Source: an uncultured Peptostreptococcaceae bacterium (GTDB taxonomy: Bacteria > Bacillota > Clostridia > Peptostreptococcales > Acidaminobacteraceae). Taken from it: 64,000 nucleotides of DNA. The translations under genes were made by a program, and so were the position numbers. The DNA is taken from contig CAZYQI010000013.1 in assembly GCA_964649745.1 (NCBI GenBank), positions 12,906 to 76,905 of the forward strand, given 5' to 3'. The notes under the pieces were generated by a model, which made no database searches, had not been told where the DNA came from, and was given only the letters and a program-made list of their open reading frames with translations. Shown here one piece after another: positions 19,348 through 28,064 of the stretch; the stretch's first letter is position 1, and each line of letters begins with the position of its first letter.

Positions 19348-21339
19348 CTATTCTCCTTCCGCAATATACTCATCAATGGCTGCTTTCAGCTTTGAAACCA
19401 CTTCATCCAGTTCCATATCGAAGAACTGTGCACCGGCCACGGTGAGGTGCCCGCCGCCGCCGATTTTTTCCAATATGAGCTGTACGTTGATATCTCCCAT
19501 GGACCGTCCGCTGATGAACGTTGTCCCGTCGGAGGTGCGACCCACCACGAAGGAGCAGGTGATGCCCCGGATATTAAGAAGGGCGTCCGCCCCTTGGGCT
19601 GCAACCATCCGTATGTTATCCATCTCTTCCCGGCACACCGAAATGGCCAGCTCTTCCCGATAGATCTGAGCGTTGGACACCACGTTGGATTTGGCTACGA
19701 AGGTACTGAGGTCATCCTGAAACAACTGCCGTACCATGGCTGTATCGGCTTCGAAGCGCCGTAAGAATGCTGCCGCCTCAAAGGTCCGCACCCCCGTCTT
19801 CATACTGAAGTTCTTCGTGTCTACGGTAATTCCCGCCAACAGGGCTTCTGCCTCGATTTTATCAATCTTGACGCGACTTTCCATGTACTGGATCATTTCA
19901 CTGACCAGCTCACTGGTGGAGGAGGCGTAGGGCTCCATATATTTCAGCAGCGTGTTTTCAATCATTTCCGTACCACGCCGGTGATGATCGAACACCACAA
20001 CCCGGCTGGCCATGGCCAGAAGTTCCGGGCATTCGGTGAAGCTGGGCCGGTGTGTATCGACAACAACCAGAAGATCCTTCTCAGTGAAGCGTTCCTTTGC
20101 CTCTTGGCTGGTAAGGAAGCTGTAGGTTCCGTTATCCTGAAACTTTGCAAAAATGCTCTTAATGGCTTCATTGACTTCGTCCAATACAATATGGGCATCC
20201 TTGCCGCGGTTGATCACTGTTCGGTAAACCCCCACTGCCGCTCCGAAGGAATCCATATCCGGGTAGCGATGCCCCATGATGAATACCTGGGCGCTTTCAT
20301 CGATAATCGGCCGAAATGCATGAGCGATGATTCGGGCCTTGACACGGTTCCGTTTTTCCACTGCCTTGGTTTTTCCACCGTAAAAATCAAATCCGCCGCT
20401 CTTCCTTACCACCGCCTGATCTCCACCGCGCCCAAGGGCCAGCTCTAAGGCCGAAAAGGCATGCTCCTCCAGCTGACTGAGACTCTTGGCCATGGTTCCA
20501 ACTCCAATGCTCAGAGTGACCGGTATGCGGTTTCCCGCTTCAATCTCCCGAACCTCATCCAGCAGAGAGAATCGTTTGCTTTCGATATTTTCCAAATAGC
20601 GGTTTTCAAAAATAACTAGGTAGCGATCGTTCTGAAATTTCTTGATGAGGCCGTTCATTCGCGTCGCCCAAAGATTGACACGCCGGTCGATCTCACTGAC
20701 AACAAAAGGTCGTTTGTCTTCCTTAGTCTCGTTCATAACATCATCGTAATTATCGATCTGTATCAGGGCAATCAATGGTTTTTCATCTGTGTAGAGGGTC
20801 TTCAGCTGACTGTACCGTGAGATGTCCAGCCAATACAGCATCAGAATGAAACGGTCGCTGTGCTTCGGGTCATCCATTTTAATAAGATTACTGAGGACAC
20901 GGTACACCCGGTCACCCACCCGCAGCTCCTGCTCGTAATTTCGGTCTTCAATCAAACGGGCCAGGTCGATCCCCGGAACCATTTCTGTCAGATTCAGATC
21001 CAGAGCATCGCGAAACTCCATAAGTTCAGCAAACCGCGAATTATGCCAGGACAGGTTCCCGTCAAAATCCACCAGACAAAGAGGAATCGGAACATTCAGA
21101 AGTGCGTATCGGGATGCCGTATCGATTTCACTGGAAAGAGAATCAATGTACATGGCCCATTTCTTATTGCGATCCCTGGTAGAATGCCAGTTATAATAAA
21201 CCAGATAGAGCAGCACCAAAAGACCCGCCGCCCCCAGAGCAAGACTCTGAGTGAACAATATGGCATCGAAAACAAATATGATCCAAAGATAAACCCGGTT
21301 ATTGGGCGTAAGAAGTTTAATGATTCGGCTCGGATTCAT
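19348..21339 (-). CDS. gdpP: GdpP/YybT-type DHH-DHHA1 cyclic-di-AMP phosphodiesterase (2 TM, PAS-like, degenerate GGDEF)
   Basis: 663 aa. DHH motifs are HRYPDMDSFGA and VVFDHHRRG; DHHA1 is GGGGH. The yybT-rplI-dnaC-type synteny is conserved. Confidence 0.85.
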   Translation of the reverse strand: MNPSRIIKLLTPNNRVYLWIIFVFDAILFTQSLALGAAGLLVLLYLVYYNWHSTRDRNKKWAMYIDSLSSEIDTASRYALLNVPIPLCLVDFDGNLSWHNSRFAELMEFRDALDLNLTEMVPGIDLARLIEDRNYEQELRVGDRVYRVLSNLIKMDDPKHSDRFILMLYWLDISRYSQLKTLYTDEKPLIALIQIDNYDDVMNETKEDKRPFVVSEIDRRVNLWATRMNGLIKKFQNDRYLVIFENRYLENIESKRFSLLDEVREIEAGNRIPVTLSIGVGTMAKSLSQLEEHAFSALELALGRGGDQAVVRKSGGFDFYGGKTKAVEKRNRVKARIIAHAFRPIIDESAQVFIMGHRYPDMDSFGAAVGVYRTVINRGKDAHIVLDEVNEAIKSIFAKFQDNGTYSFLTSQEAKERFTEKDLLVVVDTHRPSFTECPELLAMASRVVVFDHHRRGTEMIENTLLKYMEPYASSTSELVSEMIQYMESRVKIDKIEAEALLAGITVDTKNFSMKTGVRTFEAAAFLRRFEADTAMVRQLFQDDLSTFVAKSNVVSNAQIYREELAISVCREEMDNIRMVAAQGADALLNIRGITCSFVVGRTSDGTTFISGRSMGDINVQLILEKIGGGGHLTVAGAQFFDMELDEVVSKLKAAIDEYIAEGE

Positions 21340-21437
21340 TCCTGAGTCCTCCCTTGTTCTCCACTGACCCCATTATACACCATCATGTACCCGGGCGCTT
21401 CACAATTGGCTGTTTTGAGGAATAAAAGTCCATGAAA

Positions 21438-21471
21438 TAAAAAAGAGAAGTGACAGAATCACTTCTCTTTT
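21438..21471 (-). terminator. Rho-independent terminator after rpsR
   Basis: AAAAGAGAAGTGA-N5-TCACTTCTCTTTT, followed on the minus strand by TTTTTTATTT. Confidence 0.8.
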
Positions 21472-21476
21472 GGGAC

Positions 21477-21704
21477 TTAATCGTTTACAAATGGAAGAAG
21501 TGCTACGATTCGTGACCGCTTCACAGCCATGGTCATTGCACGCTGATGCTTTGCACAGTTCCCTGTTACACGGCGGGGAAGGATCTTCCCTCGATCGGTA
21601 AGGTAGCGGGAAAGCTTACGAATATCTTTATAATCAATGAAATCCGTTTTGTCTACACAGAAGTTACAAACCTTCTTACGTTTTCTTCGTTTAATCATTG
21701 CCAT
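21477..21704 (-). CDS. rpsR: 30S ribosomal protein S18
   Basis: 75 aa, [46 protein letters not shown]. Confidence 0.97.
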   Translation of the reverse strand: MAMIKRRKRKKVCNFCVDKTDFIDYKDIRKLSRYLTDRGKILPRRVTGNCAKHQRAMTMAVKRSRIVALLPFVND

Positions 21705-21719
21705 ATGATTTCCTCCTTT

Positions 21720-22139
21720 CTAAAATGGGATGTCATCGTCGTCTTCAATAGACTGGAATCCGTCAGTGGAGAAGTCCTCTCCAAAACTGTCAAGGCCTGA
21801 ATCGCTGGCCGGGCGCTCTTTACGATCGCCTGCACCTCCGATGAACTCAACATTATCTGCCACGATCTCAGTCACATACCGCTTTTGTCCGGTTTTATCC
21901 TCGTAGGACCGGCTTTGAAGATAGCCTTTCACCGCGACCTGCCTGCCTTTTGCCAGGTAGTTCGCTGCATTCTCAGCAGGCTTGCCCCATACCACAACGT
22001 TGAAGAAATCTGCCGTCTTCTCTTTTGCAAAGGGTCTGTCCACTGCGATGGCGAAAGTAGCTACTGCCTTACCGCTACCAGCGATAAAGCGGAGTTCCGG
22101 GTCACGGGTAAGTCTTCCCACCATAACAACACAGTTCAT
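21720..22139 (-). CDS. ssb: Single-stranded DNA-binding protein
   Basis: 139 aa, MNCVVMVGRLTRDPELRF..., with an acidic C-terminal tip DDDIPF. Confidence 0.97.
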   Translation of the reverse strand: MNCVVMVGRLTRDPELRFIAGSGKAVATFAIAVDRPFAKEKTADFFNVVVWGKPAENAANYLAKGRQVAVKGYLQSRSYEDKTGQKRYVTEIVADNVEFIGGAGDRKERPASDSGLDSFGEDFSTDGFQSIEDDDDIPF

Positions 22140-22154
22140 TGGGAACCTCCCGGA

Positions 22155-22442
22155 CTACTTCTCTTCACGGTTGATAACAACGTAACGAACCACTTCATCC
22201 AAAATCTTGAAGTTACGCTCAAGCTCTGCAGGCAGCGTTGTATTGGCCTTGAAATTGAAAAGGACATAGTATCCTTCTCGGAATTTCTCGATTTCATACG
22301 CCAGTTTCCGCATACCCCACTCTTCGACTGTTCCGATCTCACCATCCGCATTAACGATGGCTTTGAACTTTTCAATCAGCTCAACGCGCTTGGACTCTTC
22401 AAGATCTGGTCGGAGAATAAAAAGGCTTTCATACTTTCTCAT
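22155..22442 (-). CDS. rpsF: 30S ribosomal protein S6
   Basis: ATG at 22442 (MRKYESLFILRPDLEE...) with GGGAGG RBS. The track ORF is extended upstream. Confidence 0.95.
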   Translation of the reverse strand: MRKYESLFILRPDLEESKRVELIEKFKAIVNADGEIGTVEEWGMRKLAYEIEKFREGYYVLFNFKANTTLPAELERNFKILDEVVRYVVINREEK

Positions 22443-22547
22443 GTGTTTACACCTCCCTATGGACATTTCTAATGGCCCCCGAAGGAGCAAGGAGATTGCT
22501 TTCGCAAATCAACGACTCATTATATCACTGCCCCCGCGCCTGTGCAA
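22443..22547 (-). promoter_or_regulatory. rpsF promoter (TTGCAC-17-TATAAT) plus a structured 5' leader
   Basis: On the minus strand the -35 TTGCAC is at 22547-22542 and the -10 TATAAT is at 22524-22519. The roughly 70-nt leader contains GATTTGC-GAAA-GCAATC and GCTCC-TTCG-GGGGC hairpins. Confidence 0.6.
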
Positions 22548-22564
22548 CTCTTTTTGTGTTTCTT

Positions 22565-23752
22565 CTATTCACCCAGCTCCTTATGCAGAACTTCACCGAG
22601 CCTTTTAATGCCTTCAACGATCTTATCCTCCGGCATGTTTGAATAGTTCATCCGCCAGGTGTTCTCATGCCCCCCGTTGGGAAAGAACGAGCCTCCCGGA
22701 ACAAATGCAACATGCTTTTCCAAGGCCTTTTCCATGATGTCCCGGGCGTTGAGGTGCTCCGGCATAACGCACCATGTGAAAAGTCCCCCCTCCGGAACGG
22801 TGTAGCTGACGGATTTCGGGAACTCCCTTTCCATGGTGTCCAGCATCAGATCCCGGCGTCGGTGGTACACCTGCCGTATCCTTGCGATATGCCTGTCCAG
22901 ATCATAGGTTTCCAAAAATAGGTTCAACTCTCTTTGGGACATGCTGTTGCTTTGAAGATCCGCTCCCTGTTTGACCATGATGAATTTGTTCAAGACCTCG
23001 TCGCAGGCATAAACCCAGCCGATCCGAAGGCCAGGGCAAAAGGTTTTGGAGAAGGTGCCGAGAAAGATGACGCGGTCTTCGGTATCCAATGATTTGATGG
23101 CTGGCAGGAATTCACCCTCGAAGCGGAGCTCGCCATAGGGATTATCCTCAATGATCGGCAGGTTGTACCGGTTTGCCAGCTCAACGAGCTTTTTCCGCCT
23201 TTCCAAGGACCATGTACGCCCGGTTGGGTTCTGAAAATCCGGTATCACGTAGATCATCCGACCTCTGGAATTTTCCTGAATGGCTCTTTCAAGGGCCTCC
23301 ATGTCCATCCCCTGGTTGTCGGTGGGAACCTCCACGAAATCACATTGGTAGGCTTTAAATGCATTGATGGCACCCAGATAGCTTGGGCTCTCACAGAAAA
23401 CAATGTCGCCGGGGTTCAGAAAAACCCTGCCTGAAAAATCAAGTCCCTGTTGGGAGCCGTTGGTGATGAGAACGTGGTCCGGATCCGCTGAAATGCCGAC
23501 CTTCTTCATGCGCTGGGCTATTTTTTCCCGTAGGGGCTGATAGCCTTCCGTGGTGCTGTACTGCAGGGATTCCTGACCCATGTCCTCCAGCACCTTCACG
23601 CTGATAACCTTCATTTCTTCCACCGGAAACAGCTCCGGGGCCGGAAGGCCCCCTGCGAATGAGATGATCTCAGGCCGGGCCGTCAGCTTCAGGAGCTCTC
23701 TGATCTCAGACGCCTTGATGCCTTCCATTCTTTCCGCAAACTTAAGTGCCAT
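22565..23752 (-). CDS. PLP-dependent aminotransferase (class I/II, 2-aminoadipate/aromatic aminotransferase-like)
   Basis: 395 aa, IKASEIRELLKLTARPEIISFAGGLPAPELFP ... SFSKTFCPGLRIGW (PLP-lysine region). Confidence 0.8.
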   Translation of the reverse strand: MALKFAERMEGIKASEIRELLKLTARPEIISFAGGLPAPELFPVEEMKVISVKVLEDMGQESLQYSTTEGYQPLREKIAQRMKKVGISADPDHVLITNGSQQGLDFSGRVFLNPGDIVFCESPSYLGAINAFKAYQCDFVEVPTDNQGMDMEALERAIQENSRGRMIYVIPDFQNPTGRTWSLERRKKLVELANRYNLPIIEDNPYGELRFEGEFLPAIKSLDTEDRVIFLGTFSKTFCPGLRIGWVYACDEVLNKFIMVKQGADLQSNSMSQRELNLFLETYDLDRHIARIRQVYHRRRDLMLDTMEREFPKSVSYTVPEGGLFTWCVMPEHLNARDIMEKALEKHVAFVPGGSFFPNGGHENTWRMNYSNMPEDKIVEGIKRLGEVLHKELGE

Positions 23753-23799
23753 GTGTTACACCTCCAGGATAATGATTAGGAAAAGGTTTGCCTGGGGCA

Positions 23800-23827
23800 A
23801 TTATAGCACTGCGTTATCGGATTTCAA
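23800..23827 (-). promoter_or_regulatory. Putative sigma-A promoter of the aminotransferase gene
   Basis: Minus strand reads TTGAAA-16 nt-TATAAT. Confidence 0.5.
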
Positions 23828-23862
23828 AATAACCAATACATGTTCAAAATTTTTTGTATATT

Positions 23863-24066
23863 CTAACGATTCACGGGCTCCCCCTGCCTGAAATGCTTTT
23901 TGATCCGCTTCTCAAGCTTGGGGCGTGTAACCCATATCTCCTTCTGGCAGGTAAGGCAGACCATTCTGAAATCCATCCCTGTCCGCACTATTTGAAAGCG
24001 TGTACCACCGCAGGGGTGGGGCTTCCTGGTTTCCACAACATCCCCTATCTGTATATCCAGCGGCAT
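23863..24066 (-). CDS. DUF951 family small protein (YyzM-like)
   Basis: ATG at 24066 (MPLDIQIGDVVETRKPHPCGGTRFQIVRTGMDFRMVCLTCQKEIW). The track ORF extends into the upstream gene. Confidence 0.75.
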   Translation of the reverse strand: MPLDIQIGDVVETRKPHPCGGTRFQIVRTGMDFRMVCLTCQKEIWVTRPKLEKRIKKHFRQGEPVNR

Positions 24067-24067
24067 C

Positions 24068-24337
24068 TCAGATCCCCCAATCCAGCTCTTGGTAATGGCG
24101 CGTACCGGTTTCACTGCGCGTCACCCGAAAAAGATGCATCCCCTCAACACCCCGGGACTTCAAGTCTGCCAGGGCAGAATCTTCCGTTGCGGTATCCAGC
24201 ATCAATGAAAGACCGCAGCTGGCGGTCAGATCCCTGGGTGTCGGAATAACTGTCGTCTTGTATGTTTGCTTCAGCAGCCGTTCTGCCTGCATGGCAAGAT
24301 GGGTGGATTCAAATGTAATCAGATAATAAGCTGTCAT
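24068..24337 (-). CDS. DUF3343 protein (putative Se/S carrier-like)
   Basis: 89 aa, MTAYYLITFESTHLAMQAERLLK...VIPTPRDLTASCGLSL. It follows yedF by 2 nt. Confidence 0.7.
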   Translation of the reverse strand: MTAYYLITFESTHLAMQAERLLKQTYKTTVIPTPRDLTASCGLSLMLDTATEDSALADLKSRGVEGMHLFRVTRSETGTRHYQELDWGI

Positions 24338-24339
24338 GG

Positions 24340-24942
24340 CTATAACCTGATGCTGTTCCGTGCGCCGTTCATAAGTTCGACAATTGCGTACATATTGCCT
24401 ACTCCGCCCACAGAAAGCTTATCCTTCACTTTATAGAAATCCAGACAGGTCCCACAAGAGAGGATTTGAACCCCCTCCGACTCCAGCTTCCGCAAATGCT
24501 CCAGAACGGGGGATTCGTCCAGGGTTAGCCGAACACCGCTGTTGGCAAAAAGAAGGGCCTTGGGGTAGGGCTTCGACTCCGTAAGGGTATACATGTAGCC
24601 TCTCATAAGGATCTCACCCAGATCCCGTTCTCCCTCACCAAAATAAGGGCTCCCAATCAGAATGACCAGGTCCTGAAGCTCCGGCTTCTTATCCACCAGT
24701 GCTTCATTGGAAGGCACCATCACCTGCTGGTAAAGATCGATATACCACGTTCCGCCCTGTTCCATAACGGTTGTCTCCATATTCTGGCTTTTTGCGAATT
24801 TCAATATGTTCTCCCGGGCGGTTTCATTATCTACAATGCTGGTGATGATGCTTCCACGGTTCTCTTCAATTGCCCTTTTGGTGAAAACTACTGGCTTCGG
24901 GCATTCCATGCCCCGGGCATCCACTTCAATTTTTCGTACCAT
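24340..24942 (-). CDS. yedF: Sulfurtransferase-like selenium metabolism protein YedF (TusA-like N-terminus plus DsrE-like C-terminus)
   Basis: 200 aa, DARGMECPKPVVFTKRA (TusA CPxP motif), with a C-terminal ...SCGTCLDFY. Confidence 0.75.
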   Translation of the reverse strand: MVRKIEVDARGMECPKPVVFTKRAIEENRGSIITSIVDNETARENILKFAKSQNMETTVMEQGGTWYIDLYQQVMVPSNEALVDKKPELQDLVILIGSPYFGEGERDLGEILMRGYMYTLTESKPYPKALLFANSGVRLTLDESPVLEHLRKLESEGVQILSCGTCLDFYKVKDKLSVGGVGNMYAIVELMNGARNSIRL

Positions 24943-24951
24943 AGCGTCCTC

Positions 24952-25617
24952 CTATTGGAATTTTAAGTCTATCAATACAAGCAGATAGTTATGCTGGTAG
25001 AGCCAGGCGGTAAGCTGGCTGTTTCGAATGGCTGTGGCAAGGGCTCCCTCGGGTCTGAAGCCTATCCACGGGGTAAAAACCGTCAGTGCCACCCACATCA
25101 TGACGATGCCTTCCGACATCCCAAGAACGGCACCTGCCAAACGATTGAGAAGGCTTAGACCCGGTAGCTTGAACAGGCGGTCCAGAATGAATGACCCGGT
25201 CTGTATGACAAGGAGGCTGATTACCAACAGTGCTGTAAAACTGAGAAATGACAGCGTTGCTTCGTTAAGGGTCACCAAAACACCTGCGGAGGGATCTCCC
25301 GACGTCAGCAGCATTCTCTTTATGAGTCCTGGGAGCTCTGAGCTGTTCAGCACATCCGCCAGCTGAGCAAGTACTCCCTGAGCATCCTTTGGCGACACGG
25401 TTTCGAGAAACGGTCCCAACAGCTTTTGTTGAAGCCCCGTCACCAGCTTCGGCTCGCCCCGTAGCCAGAGTTTAAGTGCCGGATGCAGTGTCCAGGTTAC
25501 GACAAGGGCAGCAACAACTCCGAACATTCTGGCTGTTGTCAGCCAGAAACCACGGTTTCCGCCTCGAACTGCGAAGAACAGCATCACGCCGATTACGGCA
25601 AGATCGATTATTTTCAC
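24952..25617 (-). CDS. cvpA: CvpA-family integral membrane protein
   Basis: 221 aa with about 4 TM segments and a GTG start that overlaps the upstream stop (GTGA). N-terminus MKIIDLAVIGVMLFFAVRGGNRGF is typical of CvpA. Confidence 0.65.
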   Translation of the reverse strand: MKIIDLAVIGVMLFFAVRGGNRGFWLTTARMFGVVAALVVTWTLHPALKLWLRGEPKLVTGLQQKLLGPFLETVSPKDAQGVLAQLADVLNSSELPGLIKRMLLTSGDPSAGVLVTLNEATLSFLSFTALLVISLLVIQTGSFILDRLFKLPGLSLLNRLAGAVLGMSEGIVMMWVALTVFTPWIGFRPEGALATAIRNSQLTAWLYQHNYLLVLIDLKFQ

Positions 25618-26744
25618 AGCTTATCCCTCGCCCCAATATTTTCAATACCTGCAGAATCTCCGTAAAAAACCAGCAGCAACTTCGAACTTAGCCACTTCAG
25701 CCTCTGGGGAACCTTGTGGAGCGCCATGTCCGACTCCAGATCACCACTTTGAGAATAAACCCGGACCCGCTGGTCGGAAACCACCGCAATCTGATTATCA
25801 TTGCCGGCTTCCATCAGGGTCATTGTTTCTTTCAGAGGCAGGGATATCATCACTTTGCCTTCTTTACTGTAGCATTGCAACATCTGATCTTCCTGTACGC
25901 GGTTAATCCAGAAAAAACTTTCTCCAAAGCTGGAACCCTGATATCGGGCAGGTTCCTTAACCAGCCAGTGATCCTCCATCTGCTGATCCAGACTTATGAT
26001 CCTGTCGTCCAGAACAACTACCAGCTGAGAGTCCATAAATTGCATATCCAAGAGTACCGCATCCTTGAAGGTTCTGGCGCCTATGAGCCGCCCGCCGGCA
26101 TCGTACCGTTGCAGGGAGGATTCAAGCGTTGCGCCGTCAGCCTTGAGGGTTGCAATAACCACTTCACCGCTTTCCGGATCAACAACGGCCTTTAAAACTT
26201 CTTCGTCCTGAAGCTGCTGGGATCCCTGCACATTTCCTGAAATATCGGTCCAGGTATATTGTTTAAGCCCTCTATCTTCAAAAAGAATTCCTTTTGAGCT
26301 TTCATGAACGCCCGTGAAAGATCCGGGAACAGGGATATCGCTCATACGCTTCCCAAGAGCGGAATAGCGTAGAAGGATACGGTTTTTCTCTGTTTTTATG
26401 AATACCCCGTCATAGGAAGGCATAACAGAGACAGCCGCTTCATTCAGTTCCTTTTTCCACAAGGTGGTGCCATCTGCTTTTACTGCAATGAGCTGCTTCC
26501 CGCTTAAAAGATATAAGATCCCTTTTCGTACGGCGGTTCGCTCCTCTTCCGAAGGGATGGAGAGTCTCGATTCCGCTGTAGAGACCTTGGTCTGGTTGAT
26601 GGGAAGCCATCCCTGTACATGATTCATCAGGGGAATACGATAATAGATGCTGCCTGCCACCAACCCGATTAAAAGCAGTAACCTTAGCTGTCTAATCCTT
26701 CTGGAAGCTTGTTTTCTTTGTTTTGCCGGGCGCTTTTTTTCCAT
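25614..26744 (-). CDS. Membrane-anchored protein of unknown function (basic N-terminus, one TM, beta-rich ectodomain; possibly DUF5711-like)
   Basis: 376 aa, MEKKRPAKQRKQASRRIRQLRLLLLIGLVAGSIYY.... AGGAAG RBS. It overlaps the mocA-like gene by 53 nt. Confidence 0.55.
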   Translation of the reverse strand: MEKKRPAKQRKQASRRIRQLRLLLLIGLVAGSIYYRIPLMNHVQGWLPINQTKVSTAESRLSIPSEEERTAVRKGILYLLSGKQLIAVKADGTTLWKKELNEAAVSVMPSYDGVFIKTEKNRILLRYSALGKRMSDIPVPGSFTGVHESSKGILFEDRGLKQYTWTDISGNVQGSQQLQDEEVLKAVVDPESGEVVIATLKADGATLESSLQRYDAGGRLIGARTFKDAVLLDMQFMDSQLVVVLDDRIISLDQQMEDHWLVKEPARYQGSSFGESFFWINRVQEDQMLQCYSKEGKVMISLPLKETMTLMEAGNDNQIAVVSDQRVRVYSQSGDLESDMALHKVPQRLKWLSSKLLLVFYGDSAGIENIGARDKL

Positions 26745-27351
26745 CTTTTCTTCCTGTCTCCCCTATGCCTTCACACCACATCGCAACCCTTTTCATGTCT
26801 TCCAATGTATCAATATCCCATTTTTCTTCTTCGAATGAAAGTTCCTGATAAGCGATCCGATAGCGGCCGGACTCAATAAGAGGACTCCCTCCCTTGTCAC
26901 CTTCCAGCATCATAAGCTGTTGCGTCATGGAACCGGAAAACAGTGTTGGCATGGTCCTCTTGCCGTTCCAGGATGCGCATACAATGTCCGGTCTGCTTTC
27001 CCGATATCCAGCCATCATACGCAAAAGACTCTCCTGTGTTATCAGAGGCTGGTCTCCCGGAATAAACAGGATGGGCTTGCCGGGAAGCAAGCTTTCGGCA
27101 GCAACCCTCACCGTAGCACTCTGACCTAGAAATGACCAGGGGTTGTAAAGTGCTGTTATTCCAGAACATCTTGCAATATCTGCAACAGGGGACTCTCTGT
27201 AAACCACGTATATGCTCTTGACCCCGGTTCCTACCGCCGCATCGATGACCCATTGGATTACCGGTTTCCCCATAAGATCGGCACAAAGCTTGTCGGTGCC
27301 CATCCTCCGGGAGTAACCGGATGCCATTATGACAATCTGAATCACAGACAC
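26692..27351 (-). CDS. MobA/MocA-like nucleotidyltransferase (molybdenum cofactor cytidylyltransferase-like)
   Basis: 219 aa with a GTG start. Motifs are MASGYSRRMGTDKL, GQSATV and PGDQPLI (NTP_transf_3 signature). Confidence 0.75.
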   Translation of the reverse strand: MSVIQIVIMASGYSRRMGTDKLCADLMGKPVIQWVIDAAVGTGVKSIYVVYRESPVADIARCSGITALYNPWSFLGQSATVRVAAESLLPGKPILFIPGDQPLITQESLLRMMAGYRESRPDIVCASWNGKRTMPTLFSGSMTQQLMMLEGDKGGSPLIESGRYRIAYQELSFEEEKWDIDTLEDMKRVAMWCEGIGETGRKDGKKAPGKTKKTSFQKD

Positions 27352-28064
27352 ACCCCCAGGCTCAGATCTCCAATACCCCTTTTAAGACATTCTGAAATCA
27401 ATGCTTCAGCAGCTTCTCTCTGTTGATGATCTGTACATTTATTAAGCAGAAGTATGCGCAATGCGCTGAATGGCGCATTCTTGAACAGTCCCTCTGGGGA
27501 GCCAATCAGCTTCTTAATGGCATACCCGTCAATCCTTTGGTTCCTCTCGCCCCCGGTAATTGCCAGAAACCGTTCCAACCGATGCACCCATATCTCATCC
27601 ATGGGCTGTCCAAAAGCATCCATGCCGATAATTCCAATCACATGGGTGCAACCGCCCGGTATCACCGGTTCATGTTCCTCCGGTGCCTTTATCGATCGTC
27701 CGCTGGCCCCATCGGCTTCAATCAGCAGGATGTCAAACCCATTGGATGCGTATATTTCTTCAATCTGGTCAGAGGATAATCCCACAAGCTTTCCGTTTTT
27801 CTCTGTTGCGGCCCCCATGGCCGTTATGGTTCCTTCCTCCGCTGCCCAATCCAGCTTTTCAGGAAGAATGACCAGACGATCAATCGCGGCTTCCGACGGA
27901 ACATAGATCCGCGTAGTTGTGGTAATCAAAACCCGCTTCCCTGCCGCTGCATATGCTTTTGCCAGGGCAAGCATGGTTGTCGTCTTTCCCCCGGCGCCCA
28001 CCAGCGCAATCATCAGCGGTGTGTTTTGGGGAAGCATAAACAGGGAGATCAGTTCGTCAGCCAA
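27342..28064 (-). CDS. yqeC: Selenium cofactor biosynthesis protein YqeC
   Basis: P-loop is VGAGGKTTTMLALA. I favour the TTG at 28064 (AAGGAGA 6 nt upstream, 8-nt overlap with the upstream stop). The track ORF begins at 28187, deep inside the preceding gene. Confidence 0.65.
   Translation of the reverse strand: MADELISLFMLPQNTPLMIALVGAGGKTTTMLALAKAYAAAGKRVLITTTTRIYVPSEAAIDRLVILPEKLDWAAEEGTITAMGAATEKNGKLVGLSSDQIEEIYASNGFDILLIEADGASGRSIKAPEEHEPVIPGGCTHVIGIIGMDAFGQPMDEIWVHRLERFLAITGGERNQRIDGYAIKKLIGSPEGLFKNAPFSALRILLLNKCTDHQQREAAEALISECLKRGIGDLSLGVCL

Noticed and set aside
24068-28064. Selenocysteine (in-frame TGA) genes near the selenium-marker genes.
   Set aside because: All ORFs in the cluster are continuous. 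They abut or overlap their neighbours, leaving no split-ORF pattern or room for a SECIS-dependent read-through.
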